From positions 20,026,001 through 20,090,000 of the forward strand of contig OX597815.1 of the NCBI GenBank assembly GCA_951406725.2: DNA of 64,000 nt, written 5' to 3'. Below are positions 1-11,986 of the stretch, one piece after another; the first letter of the stretch is position 1, and each line of letters opens with the position of its first letter. The notes beneath the pieces are model-generated. The model was not told the DNA's origin and did no database searches. It saw only the letters and a list, made by a program, of their open reading frames with translations. Source of the DNA: Octopus vulgaris. Lineage: Eukaryota. The position numbers were made by a program, and so were the translations under genes.

Positions 1-292
1 TATTTCTTTACTACCCACAAGGGGCTAAACACAGAAGGGACAAACAAGGACAGACAAATGGATTAAGTCGATTAAATCGACCCCAGTGCGTAGCTGGTAC
101 TTAATTTATCAACCCCGAAAGGATGAAAGGCAAAGTCGACCTCGGCGGAATTTGAACTCAGAACGTAGCGGCAGACGAAATACCTATTTCTTTACTACCT
201 ACAAGGGGCTAAACATAGAGTGGACAAACAGGGACAGACATAGGTATTAAGTCGCTGTGCATTTCACCCGGCGTTCTAACGTTTCTGCCAGG
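1..292 (-). mobile_element. SINE family A (tRNA-derived), tandem partial units, truncated by window edge
   Basis: Reverse complement matches the family seen whole at 58270-58499 (B-box GAGTTCAAATTCC; core GTCGACTTTGCCTTTCATCCTTTCGGGGT; tail TTTAGCCCCTTGTGGGTAGTAAAGAAATA). Confidence 0.85.
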
Positions 293-2759
293 CCTTGTGC
301 CTAGAGTAGAAAAGAATTTTAACAGTGGCTGCTGCTATTTTGACATCAGTAACCTAACAGTAATGTTAACAAAGATGACGACAGTGTTAGTGATAAGGGT
401 AGTGTTAATAGTGATAACAGTAATCTTAACAGTGTTGACATATTTGATTAACAGTGATAATAACGAAGAAACTCAGAATATATGAGAAATCACCAAAGAA
501 AAGTTATTGTTCTATAATTATATTTTCTAAGTTTCTCCCTAATATAGAGAGGTTATTTTGGCATTGTTATTTGGATAGAGCTGCATGGAAATGGCGGAAA
601 TTGGATATATTTCAAAATGTTAGCCTAATTTTAGGGAAAATTGGCTCAACTAGACTAACGCCAGATCTATTGGCAACGTTAGTCAAACTAAATTCAGGCG
701 TTGTTTTGACCTCAGCTGAAATTTATATTTTGTGCATATTTTGTCTCGTTTATGCGATGCTAGTAAATAACCAGAGTGTAATTTGTCTAAAATGTAATAA
801 GAATCCAGGGCTGACGTCATATAAGTTATGAGAGATGTTGATAGCAAAATTTACATTAACTGATTCTAATCTAAAATGGCAGCTTTGTTTAAAGGAAATT
901 TCCATCATGGTAGAGTAATGATAGTATTTAAAAGATACATATTCTGTTAAATTCAGTTTATGTTTTATATTAGGATACAATATTAGGTATCAAAAATGTC
1001 CATTGTATATCTTACAGTCTGGTCGCTTATATTGCCATATCATTGATTCTTCAATTTAACCCTTTTTCTAAAACTGTTCCGAGCCATGCAACATATCGTC
1101 CTGCCTACACTCGCCATGTTCTTTATAGGTTTTCTATAGGTCTCTTTATAGGTTCTTTTTTCTAGTACCAGATTGCTTAAAGGTATATTGTTATGGTTTT
1201 GTAAAAGAAGAATGATATATCCTCAAATTTCACGTTGTGTCTCCTTACATTTTAAGTTCAAATCCCACCAAGTTCTACCTTGCCTTTCATCTCTCCTAGG
1301 TCAATAAAACTTTGGTACCAATCTTATACTTACTCTGATTTAATCAATTATACTCCTCTCGACATGATCCGAATGTTTACTACAGAATAGGCTCACCCTT
1401 CACTCAACCCTCTTCCATTTTTCTTAAAGAATGGAACACAGCAGGTAGTTTCCCGCAACATCATCACATCTACTGTAAAAAAAAAATCGACCTCAGTACG
1501 CAACTGTTACTTCATTTATCGACTCCGGATCGATGAAAAGCAGAGTTGGTGTCAATTGAGTTTGAATTCAGAACCCAAAGAGTAGGAAATGGTATTGCAA
1601 GGAAATTTTCCAACGCCCTAACGACCGAGAACTCAGAATTAGTAGTTTAAAGTAATTTTGCTAAGAATTCGTTAAGCAGTACTGTGTTACTACGTCACTA
1701 AATCTGTTTGGATAGTATTTTAATACAATAGTGCTTATTTAATTCTTAATATATCGAATATTTTCTAGAAACGTATGGCACATTATTAATATAGAATATA
1801 TAAGCAATTAGTCACAACAGGTGAAGGAATGACAGGATTCACCTTATATACATAGATACAGCTGTCTAGTTAAGAAACTCACTTCGTATTCATATAGTTC
1901 CGAAGGCGATCTCATTATGGTTGACACTAGAGTCTTTTCCTATTGTCCCAGGACAACCTATGTTGTCTATACGGAAGTCCATCAGACGGACTGTACCTGT
2001 TCTTAAGTGATATGCCTAATCCTCCTTTCATCCATTTCAATATCACTGCCAGCCCCTTGAATGACTTTAGCAGAGCCTATTCTGTAGTAAGCATTCGGAT
2101 AATGTCGAGGTCGGAAAATATACCATCCTCCTTTTCACAAAACCGTAAGAATATACTTTTAAACAATCTTATACCTGAATTAATTTATCCAATTTTAAGT
2201 TTAATTCCAGATCTTATAAACTTTAGAACAATGTTAACACCTAATTTTATTGCTCTTCTAAGTTTGAGACCTTGAGTCTAAATATTAAGTCAATAGTTGT
2301 ACATATGGGCAGAAAATGTGCGGCGGGAATAAAATAGCGCCTCAAAGCAAATTTCATGTTGTGTCTCTTTACATTTTAAGTTCAAATCCCACCAAGTTCG
2401 ACCTCGCCTTTCATCTCTCCTAGGTCAATAAAAATTTGGTACCAATCTTATACTTACACTGATTTAATCAATTATACTCCTCTAACATATGTGATCAACG
2501 TAAGAGATCAATATTTAGAAAGCTGTGGTGGTTGTGATAGAAGGAAAGATAAGTTCTCGAAGAAGGTCGAGCAGACGAGCAGGTTTCGATTAATATAGCT
2601 GGATGATAAATTAATGTCTTCCTTTGTAATTCCTTTAGTTATTTTAACTAGGTAAAAAAAAAACAATATTTTAAATTGTAAATTATTAATAGAGGTTCTT
2701 GCAAGTGAAATAATTTAATTTAATTTTGTACTTGATGGTAATTTCTCGAGTCCGAGAAA

Positions 2760-3012
2760 GATAATTCCGCGACTTCTTGTTGAATAATCTGCATGGATGA
2801 TTTGTTTTGTAGTGATGAACACGTTTGTACAATGCGTTGGCTTAATGTCGAATCGTCATTGCCTGTACACGTTAGGTGTTGAAATGATCGCAGAACAACG
2901 AAAAATGGAGTGCTTTACTCAAGAACCCAGCATACCACTCAGTCCGGGAATTGAAACCATGAGCGTGTGATCATGGGTGCAACACTCTAACTACTAGGCC
3001 ACGCACCTTCAC
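2760..3012 (-). mobile_element. SINE family D (tRNA-derived, degenerate)
   Basis: Minus-strand head GGTGCGTGGCCTAGTAGTTAGAGTGTTGCAC...GGTTTCAATTCCCG; body shared with 11170-11415 and head shared with 46150-46278. Confidence 0.6.
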
Positions 3013-3400
3013 AAGTGAAATAATACATAAATGATAATGGATCTCCGTCGGTTTTGACTATGAACGTTCCAACTGTTAGACCATCGAAACTGATTACTCA
3101 TTTAACAAAGTACTTATATCCTTATTCTACGTTTGCGAGTGCCTTAATGTAATCCCTTAGGATAAATTAGCGTAGCACAATATGTCATAAAGCTGGGCCT
3201 TTTGACTACATGTACAACCCGTATAAAGCAAAACATCGATAATTTATAGGCTGCGAAGTCTCATGACTCAAAGAGCCTAAAGTTTCATGACAAAGCACTT
3301 GCCAAACTTTACAAATGATTTGACATAAAACTCCAGGACTTTCAGTTACTTACATAGCTCAATAACAAATAGATTACACACACACAAGTACATACGTAGG

Positions 3401-3469
<69 letters not shown>

Positions 3470-3841
3470 AAAGAGAGGTAGGTTTTCCTTTAGTTGTATA
3501 ACATAAGTTACAACGTCTTGATTTAATTTTCTCCAATAGTCAATTCTTTTAAACTTCTTTTAACTTCCGTTCAGCCAGACATTTGTCTTATCCATCAATT
3601 AAGATCTTGTAACATTTAGCGAATCAAAGAGACAATAATTACTCATTTTAAGAAAGACAAAACTGAATACTGCTCGTTGTACAGAAACAAAAATGTGCTC
3701 AATACAAATTTATGATAGAAATGGTAAGAGTCGTGTGTGAATGCATATATACATATATATATATATAAATGCGACCGCATGTGTATTGTTGGCGATTTTT
3801 TTCCTCCGTCTTCCCTTCTTTGGATATTTCCTTTTCCTATG

Positions 3842-3874
3842 TTTCTGACGAAGAGCTCCGCTCGAAACGTTAGA
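3842..3874 (+). ncRNA. Minimal type I hammerhead ribozyme motif in a solo PLE terminal-repeat fragment (about 3770-3965)
   Basis: ttt CTGACGA a gagc-tcc-gctc GAAAC GTT aga; canonical core, 4-bp stem II, palindromic stem III, weak stem I. Confidence 0.7.
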
Positions 3875-3988
3875 GTTCTCCTTCTTTCCTTTCCTTTCCT
3901 GAGCGTCCAATAACACTATACTTGTTCCACGTCCTCGCGGTGTTGTGTTTTCATGTTTGGATTAACTATATATATGTATGTATATATG

Positions 3989-4021
<33 letters not shown>

Positions 4022-4023
4022 AT

Positions 4024-4060
<37 letters not shown>

Positions 4061-4256
4061 GAGTGAGATCTATATGTATGTATATATGTATGTATGTATG
4101 ATTGTAAATTAATGCAACGTATCCAAAATTGATGTAAGTTCGAACTATAGTTTCACTCAGTCGATCCTTTGCGTAATCGCATGCATCAAACCCGACCGAA
4201 CTAAACTGTGGATCATGTTTGTGTGATTTCTGTGATTATTTCATACACACACACAC

Positions 4257-4376
<120 letters not shown>

Positions 4377-6385
4377 ACATATATATATATATATATGTTG
4401 TGTGTATGTATGTGTATGTACATTAAACTTTTACAAGAGTGGTGAAAGGGACTTCGTAGTCTCTTTCACCACTCTGCTAATCTGGGATGAAGCGCAACTT
4501 TACCTCAGTGCGATTTGACCTCAGAGCACGAAAGCCAGGACGATTACCACGTCCCCTTTGTGTCTTAAAGCAAGCACCTTAGCTCTGACAATGCAGCCCT
4601 CGTTCCCAAGTGTCTTAGCTCTGACAAAGCAGCTGTCATTCTAGGCGGTGAAGAACTATTGAACGCCAATCCCATCGCTAGCACGTCAGTTGCGATGCAA
4701 TTCCTATTTTTCTCTATCTCTACGATCTTACTAAACCCTATTGAGTCTACTCTAAATGCCCTTTATAAGGCAAACCACCATTTGTTGTTTTGTTGTCGAT
4801 AATTTCCTCCGTCAATGCTCGTTGAGATAATTCGCTAATCCGATCTATGAGAGCTTGGCTCGCCGTAAACAACGCGTTCAGCTTACTGTAAAACTACGAA
4901 CCTATCTAGATCGACCATACAAGAAACAAATTGGTGGTTTGTGTAGTCGACGATTTTAGAATGAGGACAACTCATGCTATCCCAATCTACTAGCCTTCAC
5001 AATACTCTATCTAGATATGATCTGGGTAGATTGATACTGTTTGTGCCTATCTACAGTGGCACATTTAGGAAATCCAGTCCATACCTACACTGAGTAAGGC
5101 CATGTTGAGCAGAAGCAGGAAGTTGAGAAAGGATCACTAATCTTATTCCTATGGAGGGATAGGTATTTTGCCTCCCCAGCAGAATTTGGAGATTTCCACA
5201 AGCAGTTCTAAAACTACGCGCCTTCACTAGACAGTTAAGGTGAGACAGTGTCACGTGACAACTTGCTGGGACTGCCTGCTGGAGCTTGGCGGCAGGTATT
5301 TAAGGGGAAAAATTTGACAAGTAAGTCAGTCACCGGCTGACACTCGCTGACGACACATTGAAGAGGCCAGGGAACAGAAGAAAGAAGTAGAGGACATGCA
5401 CCCAACACCAGAGCTGAAGGCACCTCCGAAAGGTGGGGGGCGCCACGTCAAAATGGTTGAGGAGTAGGGGCCGAAACGGGACGTGGTTCCTCCTGATGAT
5501 GCCTTGAGCTAACTGGATCCTATAAAGGAGCTGCTGTGGTAGCAGACCACGAAACACGGTTGTAATTCCTCCATTCCATTCCTTCCTTATAGTCTCTTCT
5601 TTATATAGATTTCCCCTGAAGCCATCCATTCCTTTGAGACATTTATTTTTTACGATACTCTAAACGTGTTGTGGTATCTGGATGATTTTTATGTAATGGA
5701 GTGCTACTAGTTAATGTAATGCGTGTATGATGATTGCATGTTAGTGCATGTGGTCCATTAGTTCTTCATTAGTTTATGATCGTGTAGTTAATTAAACTTT
5801 TCGATCCTGTTAGAGTGTGTGATTTGACTATTGTTGTGCCTTGGTTCGTGCTTGTACTGATGACGTTTGTGATAGAAGTGGAGGTGGTAATGGAGATTAT
5901 GGTGTTGATAGTAAGGGTATCGTTGGGGTGGAATTGGTGCATTATTATTCGGAAGTATCTCCCTCATTTGTACGTACCTGCCTGTTTTTTTTTTTGTGTT
6001 CATGTGTTTTTGTTTCTTCTTTTATATTGATAGCTTTTAGCCATTTGGATTCCTCACCGTCCCCTTTGCCACAAGGCAAATACACCTAACGGTCCCAAAC
6101 TGGGAAATACATGTCCTAGGAGTCATTGTGCTTTTGTTTGTTGTTATTTGAGGGTTTTCAGTTGCTGTCGCTGTTGGCTATGTGATGGCTCCCGAGGATG
6201 GCATTTGTTTTGTAGTTGTTGTTTCAATTCTTGGTGTTGTTGTTGTTGCTACTGGTACTGCTTCTAGTCGGGTAGGTGTTGAAGTTGTTTCTGTTGAGGT
6301 CTCTACTGTTGTTGCTAGTGTTGAAGTTGTGATATTGGCAGTAGAGGAGGCCTTCCGATACCTTTCCTGTTGTTGCTGCTGCTGC

Positions 6386-6766
6386 TTGTTTGTTTATTTG
6401 TTTGTTTGTTGAGCGATGCGGTTTCGTCCCTGTGGGAGAAGTCCGCAACGTGGTCCTTTTGCTATTCGTAAGACCCACAGAAGAGAAAGCAGGTCAACCC
6501 CCGACACCGAGAGCATCGACGGGTGGATGATTGCGCATCCAGGCTCAGCGGTTGCGTAGGAAGTTGGGGATAAGAAACAGGAAGAAAGGGTGAGAGAAAG
6601 TTGGAGCGAAAGAGTACAACAGGGGTTGCCACCACCCCCTGCCGGAGCCTCGTGGAGCTTTAGGTGTTTTCGCTCAATAAATACACACAACACCTGGCCT
6701 GGGAATCGAAACTGCGATCCTTCGACCGCGAGTCCGCTGCCCTAACCATTGGGCCATTGCATCTCC
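6386..6766 (-). mobile_element. SINE family C (tRNA-Arg-like head), tail variant ending in (CAAA)n
   Basis: Head GCAATGGCCCAATGGTTAGGGCAGCGGACTCGCGGTCGAAGGATCGCAGTTTCGATTCC (TCG anticodon); 5' half matches 56179-56490. Confidence 0.8.
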
Positions 6767-6992
6767 TGTTGTTGCTATTGGTACTGCTTCTAGTCGGGTA
6801 GGTGTTGAAGTTGCTGAGTTGTTTCTGTTGAGATCTCTACTGTTGTTTGCTGGCGTTGAAGTTGTGATGCTGGCCGTAGAGGAGGCCTTCCTATATCTTT
6901 CCTGTTGCTGTTGCTGTTGTTGTTGTTGTAGTTGTAGTTGTTGTTGCTGTTGTCGTTGTTGTTGTTGTAGTTGTTGTTACTGCTGCTGCTGC

Positions 6993-7025
<33 letters not shown>

Positions 7026-7039
7026 CGTCGTTGTCGGAG

Positions 7040-7205
7040 GCAGAAAGCCATGACCCTATGAGTGTTTCCACAGTTGTAGCATTGAGACTTTCTACCTTCC
7101 ACAACCATCTACAGTTGCTGCTCTCTTGGAACGTTAATTAGGTCAAGGATTTTGTCTTGTCTGTCTTCACATGAATCAAAATCTCCAGCCCTATCCCAAT
7201 CCAGT
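7040..7205 (-). pseudogene. LINE ORF1/gag-like relic with zinc-knuckle-like motif followed by poly-Q
   Basis: Minus frame reads KILDLINVPREQQL*MVVEGRKSQCYNCGNTHRVMAFC then (CAA)n; 14-residue CCHC-like span with shifted His. Confidence 0.5.
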
Positions 7206-7419
7206 TTTTTAATCTCTTTTTTTTTTTTTATCAGCTGGCTAAGTCCTTCCAAAACCAAACATTTCCCCGCCCACTATACAAACGATAATTGAAATTTACA
7301 GATGTAAAGAACTTTGTGAACCCACGTCATGGTGTTTTGCTCACCATGAAACATTACTTCTATCATTCACAATAAACATTTTTAGTGTTACTGTCTTCAC
7401 CCACCGTTCATATTGGTGA

Positions 7420-8022
7420 ATATATAGACAAGTGCCTGTCCAACAATGATTGCATCATCCATACTCTCAACAATGCGCCCTTAAATATGGTTTCTGACTA
7501 CAAATATCTTGGGTCATACATATCATCATCTGGAAAAGATTTTCTAACTAGAAAGGGTATGGCCTGGTCAGCCTGTAATGACATGCATAAGATCTGGTCA
7601 TCAAATCTAAGTAGAGACTTCAAACTTGAAATCTTCAAAGCCACAGTCGAACCAATTCTACTATATGGCTCAGAAACCTGGACGTTATCAAAGAAGCTTG
7701 AGAGGCGGTTGGATGGAACCTACACTCGCCTCCTTATGAGAGCTCAAAATCTCTCGTGGAAGCGCCATCCAACCAAAATGTAAATATATGGGAAACTACC
7801 ACCTGTGTCATCTCTTGTGAAAGGTAGGAGAGTCCAGTTTGCTGGACATTGTTGCAGAGCTGAAAAAGAGGTAATTTCTACTCTTCTCCTCTGGAAGCCA
7901 TTTACTCGCAATACCAGAGGGCTCACACTCTCCTACCCTGATGTAATCTCCAGGGATACAGGCATCCAGCAACAGGACCTCCGTAATGCCATGATGGACC
8001 GTGAAGTTTGGCGATGATGATT
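7420..8022 (+). mobile_element. 5'-truncated RTE-clade LINE, RT C-terminal region with one in-frame stop
   Basis: YKYLGS...ILLYGSETWTL...RLDGTYTRLL...SW*...RRVQFAGHC...AMMDREVWR across ORFs 7385-7783 and 7805-8017 (same frame); ends in GATGATGAT. Confidence 0.85.
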
Positions 8023-8923
8023 GGTGTCATCACCGTTATTATTGCTAACATCATTGCTAACATTCCTAGTTTTCAGAGTTCATTAGCCTCTTTATTATAT
8101 TAGACACCATTTCAGTATTTCGTAATAATAACCTTATAGTCACTAAGAATGATTTTGCGGAGTTTTTAGGATGAATTTGAAATCGGGCGCAAAGAACCGG
8201 AGCAGTATCCACGAATCATATAGTGCGGTGCTCTAATAATTCCGTTAATACACCGCTACGAACAAGTACTTTATTTATGAACTCCGAAAGGATGAATATC
8301 AAAGTTAACCAAGGCGGGATTTGAACTCATACCGCAGACTCATTATATTCGAAGCTCTAATGTCTCTGACAAATCGCAGCCTTCAAAATATTAAAATGTA
8401 AATTATACTTCCAATCAAAAGAATCATTATCAGACTATACAAACGACAATTAAAATTAAGACAATTCATTGAAAATTGCGTAATTTATTAATAATCAGTA
8501 TACACGGCAGTTGAACCTGTTCTCTTGCAAAGTTAATGATCGTGGAATCTGTAGATGCTGTACTGAATATATTAATTCAATTAAGAAATTTGGCTTCCGT
8601 ACATGCTCAAACCTCATCCCTGACTTTGGGTGATTAATTAAAAAGTTCCAGTAATGAGAAGATTAGACAAATGAACGATCTTTTGTTTGTATTGGTTATC
8701 TGCCAATAAAATTCGACTTATAGTTTGTTGGCTTCCGCTCAAAGACAAACTCCTCAAGAGGATACATGGTCTTAAATTAAGTTGAAATTTACTTTGAAAA
8801 TAGATTGTTTGTCAGAAATAATCTGTAGAGTAACACGTCTGCTAAGAATCTTTGTCGTTCTCTTTCTGCTTGTTTGTATGGCTCTCTCTCTCTCTCCCTC
8901 TCTGCCCTCTACACCTCACTCTC

Positions 8924-9030
<107 letters not shown>

Positions 9031-9758
9031 TACCGTTTGTCTCTTCTAACATGTAGCTAACGATCGCTAATATCTCTTTCACAACACTTTCTCTCTCTCA
9101 CAGCACTTTCTCTCTCTCACAAACTTTTCTTTCACTCTCTCTCTCTCTCTCATACACACAAACTCTTCTTTCTCTCTCTCTCTCTCACAAACTCTTCTTC
9201 CTCTCTCTTTCTCTCTCTCTCTCTCTCACAAACTCTTCTTCCTCTCTCTTTCTCTCACACAACTCTTCTTTCTCTTTCTCTCTCTTTCCCTCTCTTTTCA
9301 TGTCTATTTTGTTTACTCCTTCTGTATTTACTCTCTCTCTCTCTCTCTCTGTTTCTCTCTCACCCTCTTTCTCTTTCTCTCTCCCCTCTCTCTTTCTCTC
9401 TCACAATGTGTGTCTTTCTGTCTCTCCTCGCTCTCTAAATATCTCTCTCACTTTCTCTCTTACTTTCTTTCAAACGGATCAATAGACATACTCTAGTAAT
9501 CAAACAACTGTGTTCGGTCCCATAAGCAGAATCTGCTATATGTCAGTATTGCACAAACATTTGTTTTTTCAATCGTATACCAAAATCGAGACAGGTCACC
9601 AAAATTGCTATCTACCCATATTATACGCCCGTTCTCTGTTTCTTCTACTGCTGCTACAACGGTTACTGCCCACCTGTACAATCAACGTACGTACTACCTA
9701 CGTGCTAGAAGAATCACAGAGACCCGCTCTCTCTCTCTCTCTTTCTCTCTGTATTTAT

Positions 9759-9795
<37 letters not shown>

Positions 9796-9810
9796 ACGTT
9801 AGATAGATAT

Positions 9811-9893
<83 letters not shown>

Positions 9894-10340
9894 TACATAT
9901 GCCACACAACCTCCCTAAACAAGACACTGTTATTTAAACGTTATCCAAAGCCTAATACGATTGCGTATGAAATAAAGCAGCTAATGTCAACATAAGTAAT
10001 CATCATAAACCATGGATCCCAAAACACTGTCAACATTACGAGAATGAAGGACAACTGAGAATAACGAGATCCCAATACATAAAAATTCAAAACCAGCGTA
10101 TCAAATATTCGTGCCCATCATCAGCTGTAAAACGGATATCATAATGTTTTCGACACTTGGACAGTAACATTCGATCCGGCGATGTCAACACCGTTAAAAG
10201 CATAAACGCTGCCTGGGAATCAATTGAAATCAGCAAGAGCGAAATATTAGAGTAGTATTTCCATTATGCCAACACTTGCTTATAACTATAAACAACATTG
10301 CACATACATAAATGTATATCTGCATGTACTTATATATATA

Positions 10341-10371
<31 letters not shown>

Positions 10372-10515
10372 ATATATGTGTGTGATATATATATATATAT
10401 ATATATTAATAGTAATGGTATGACAACAAAAGAATGAATGAGATCTTGATATTATGTAAATAGAGGAGTTTATCTGCAATATGATGTGACAGTTATTCGG
10501 ACATCACAATATAAG

Positions 10516-10662
10516 TCCGAGTTTCGGATGTCGGGGCGGAAATCTGCTCCGGCATCTCGTCAGTTATTAAGACAAACAAAACTGCATTTCTGTTTGTCTT
10601 AATAACTGACGAGATGCCGAAGCAGATTTCTGCCCCGACATCCCAAACTCGGAGTTTTATTA
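10516..10662. repeat. About 63-bp-arm fold-back containing two opposed hammerhead-like motifs (PLE-type inverted terminal repeat)
   Basis: 10516-10578 is the near-perfect reverse complement of 10591-10653; CTGACGA gatg...catc (C/G)AAAC on each arm. Confidence 0.8.
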
Positions 10663-10697
10663 TGGCAACCGTATAATTGTCGCATATTATATTACAT

Positions 10698-10789
<92 letters not shown>

Positions 10790-10888
10790 GTAGGAGGGGT
10801 ATTCTATTCTGTTACCTGTTTCAGTTATTTGACTGTTGCCATGCTGTAGCACTACCTTCAAGGGTTTTTAGTGAAACAAATCGACCCC

Positions 10889-10957
10889 ATGGCGTAGTGG
10901 TTAAGAGCGCGCGTTACTAACCCCAAAATTCCGATTTCGATTCCAAGCAGTGACCTA

Positions 10958-11024
<67 letters not shown>

Positions 11025-11172
11025 GCGAAAAATACCTTAGGAATGAGAGCCCAGGTTCGAAATTTCCCCCAAGACACCTGAAGAAGGCTGGAGGATAAAT
11101 CAGCCGAAACGTTGTGTTAACAGCAAACAAGATGAGGACAATTATCCGTCAAATGTAAATAATGTAAATAAT
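10889..11172 (+). mobile_element. tRNA-headed SINE-like element with internal (AAT)n and a 3' hammerhead ribozyme
   Basis: A-box TGGCGTAGTGG 10890-10900; B-box-like ATTTCGATTCC 10934-10944; (AAT)n 10958-11020; HHR 11074-11117; tail (AATGTAAAT)2. Confidence 0.7.
11074..11117 (+). ncRNA. Type I hammerhead ribozyme (canonical core)
   Basis: acac CTGAAGA a ggctg-gaggataaat-cagcc GAAAC GTT gtgt: perfect stem I (acac/gtgt), 5-bp stem II, palindromic stem III, GUU cleavage triplet. Confidence 0.85.
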
Positions 11173-11469
11173 GAACCATGCAGAGGATTTGTTTATAGTG
11201 ATCAAATATTTGTATACACATAAGCTCACCCCTCCATCAGATCTACATTACCTGCACAGGTGCAACGGCTGCCACATGTCAGATGTCGAAATGATCGCAG
11301 AGCAGGGTGAAATGAAGTGCTTTACTCAAGGAAACAAACCAACGCCTTGTCTGGGAATCGAACCCACGATCTCGCAATCGTGAGTACGACACTCTAACCA
11401 CTAAGCTATGTGTCTAAGCACTAAGCCATACACACACACGCACACACACTCACACACACATATATATTC

Positions 11470-11682
11470 CTTTATTCTTTTGTTTCAGTCATTTGACTGC
11501 GGCCATGCTGGAGCACCACCTTTAGTCGAAGAAATTGACTCCAGGACTTATTCTTTGAAAGCTTAATACTTATTCTATCGGTCTCTTTTGCCGAACCGCT
11601 TGGTGACGGGGCGTAAACACACCAACATCAGGTGTCAAGCGATGATGGGGGACAAACACTGACACAAACAACAAACACATAC

Positions 11683-11750
<68 letters not shown>

Positions 11751-11872
11751 ATATATATATATATCTATATACGACGATCTTCTTTCAGTTTCCGTCTACG
11801 AAATCTACTCACAGTGGGACTGATCCCGGTACCGTCTTTTTGAGAAGCAAACTTCTTACAACACTCCTGCGC
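11470..11872 (-). mobile_element. SINE family B (CORE-like), internally deleted copy
   Basis: Matches family B head and tail; internal (TA)n. Confidence 0.75.
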
Positions 11873-11951
11873 CTATATATATACATATATATATAAGAAA
11901 TTAAAAAAGGAAAATACGTACACTTTACATAGTTTTAATATAATTTTTAAT

Positions 11952-11986
11952 ATATCGACCGGTTTCGCTATCACTATTCATGATAT
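11952..11986 (-). ncRNA. Minimal hammerhead motif, A3:U8 core variant (left inverted repeat)
   Basis: Minus strand atatc ATGAATA gt-gata-gc GAAAC cg GTC gatat. Confidence 0.6.

Noticed and set aside
454-980. ORFs of 125 and 76 aa
   Set aside because: No recognisable motif or splice context
5051-5629. GC-richer stretch with several short minus-strand ORFs
   Set aside because: No identifiable domain; may belong to the decayed gag-like element but this is unsupported
6819-7061. Cys-rich, metallothionein-looking ORF
   Set aside because: It is a (TGT/TGC)n trinucleotide tract
9493-9681. Possible minus-strand exon after an AG
   Set aside because: No homology recognised and no partner exons found
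10080-10250. Minus-strand CTGATGA and an ESIEI-like peptide suggesting a PLE endonuclease end
   Set aside because: GAAA and stems are missing and the peptide is too short to call
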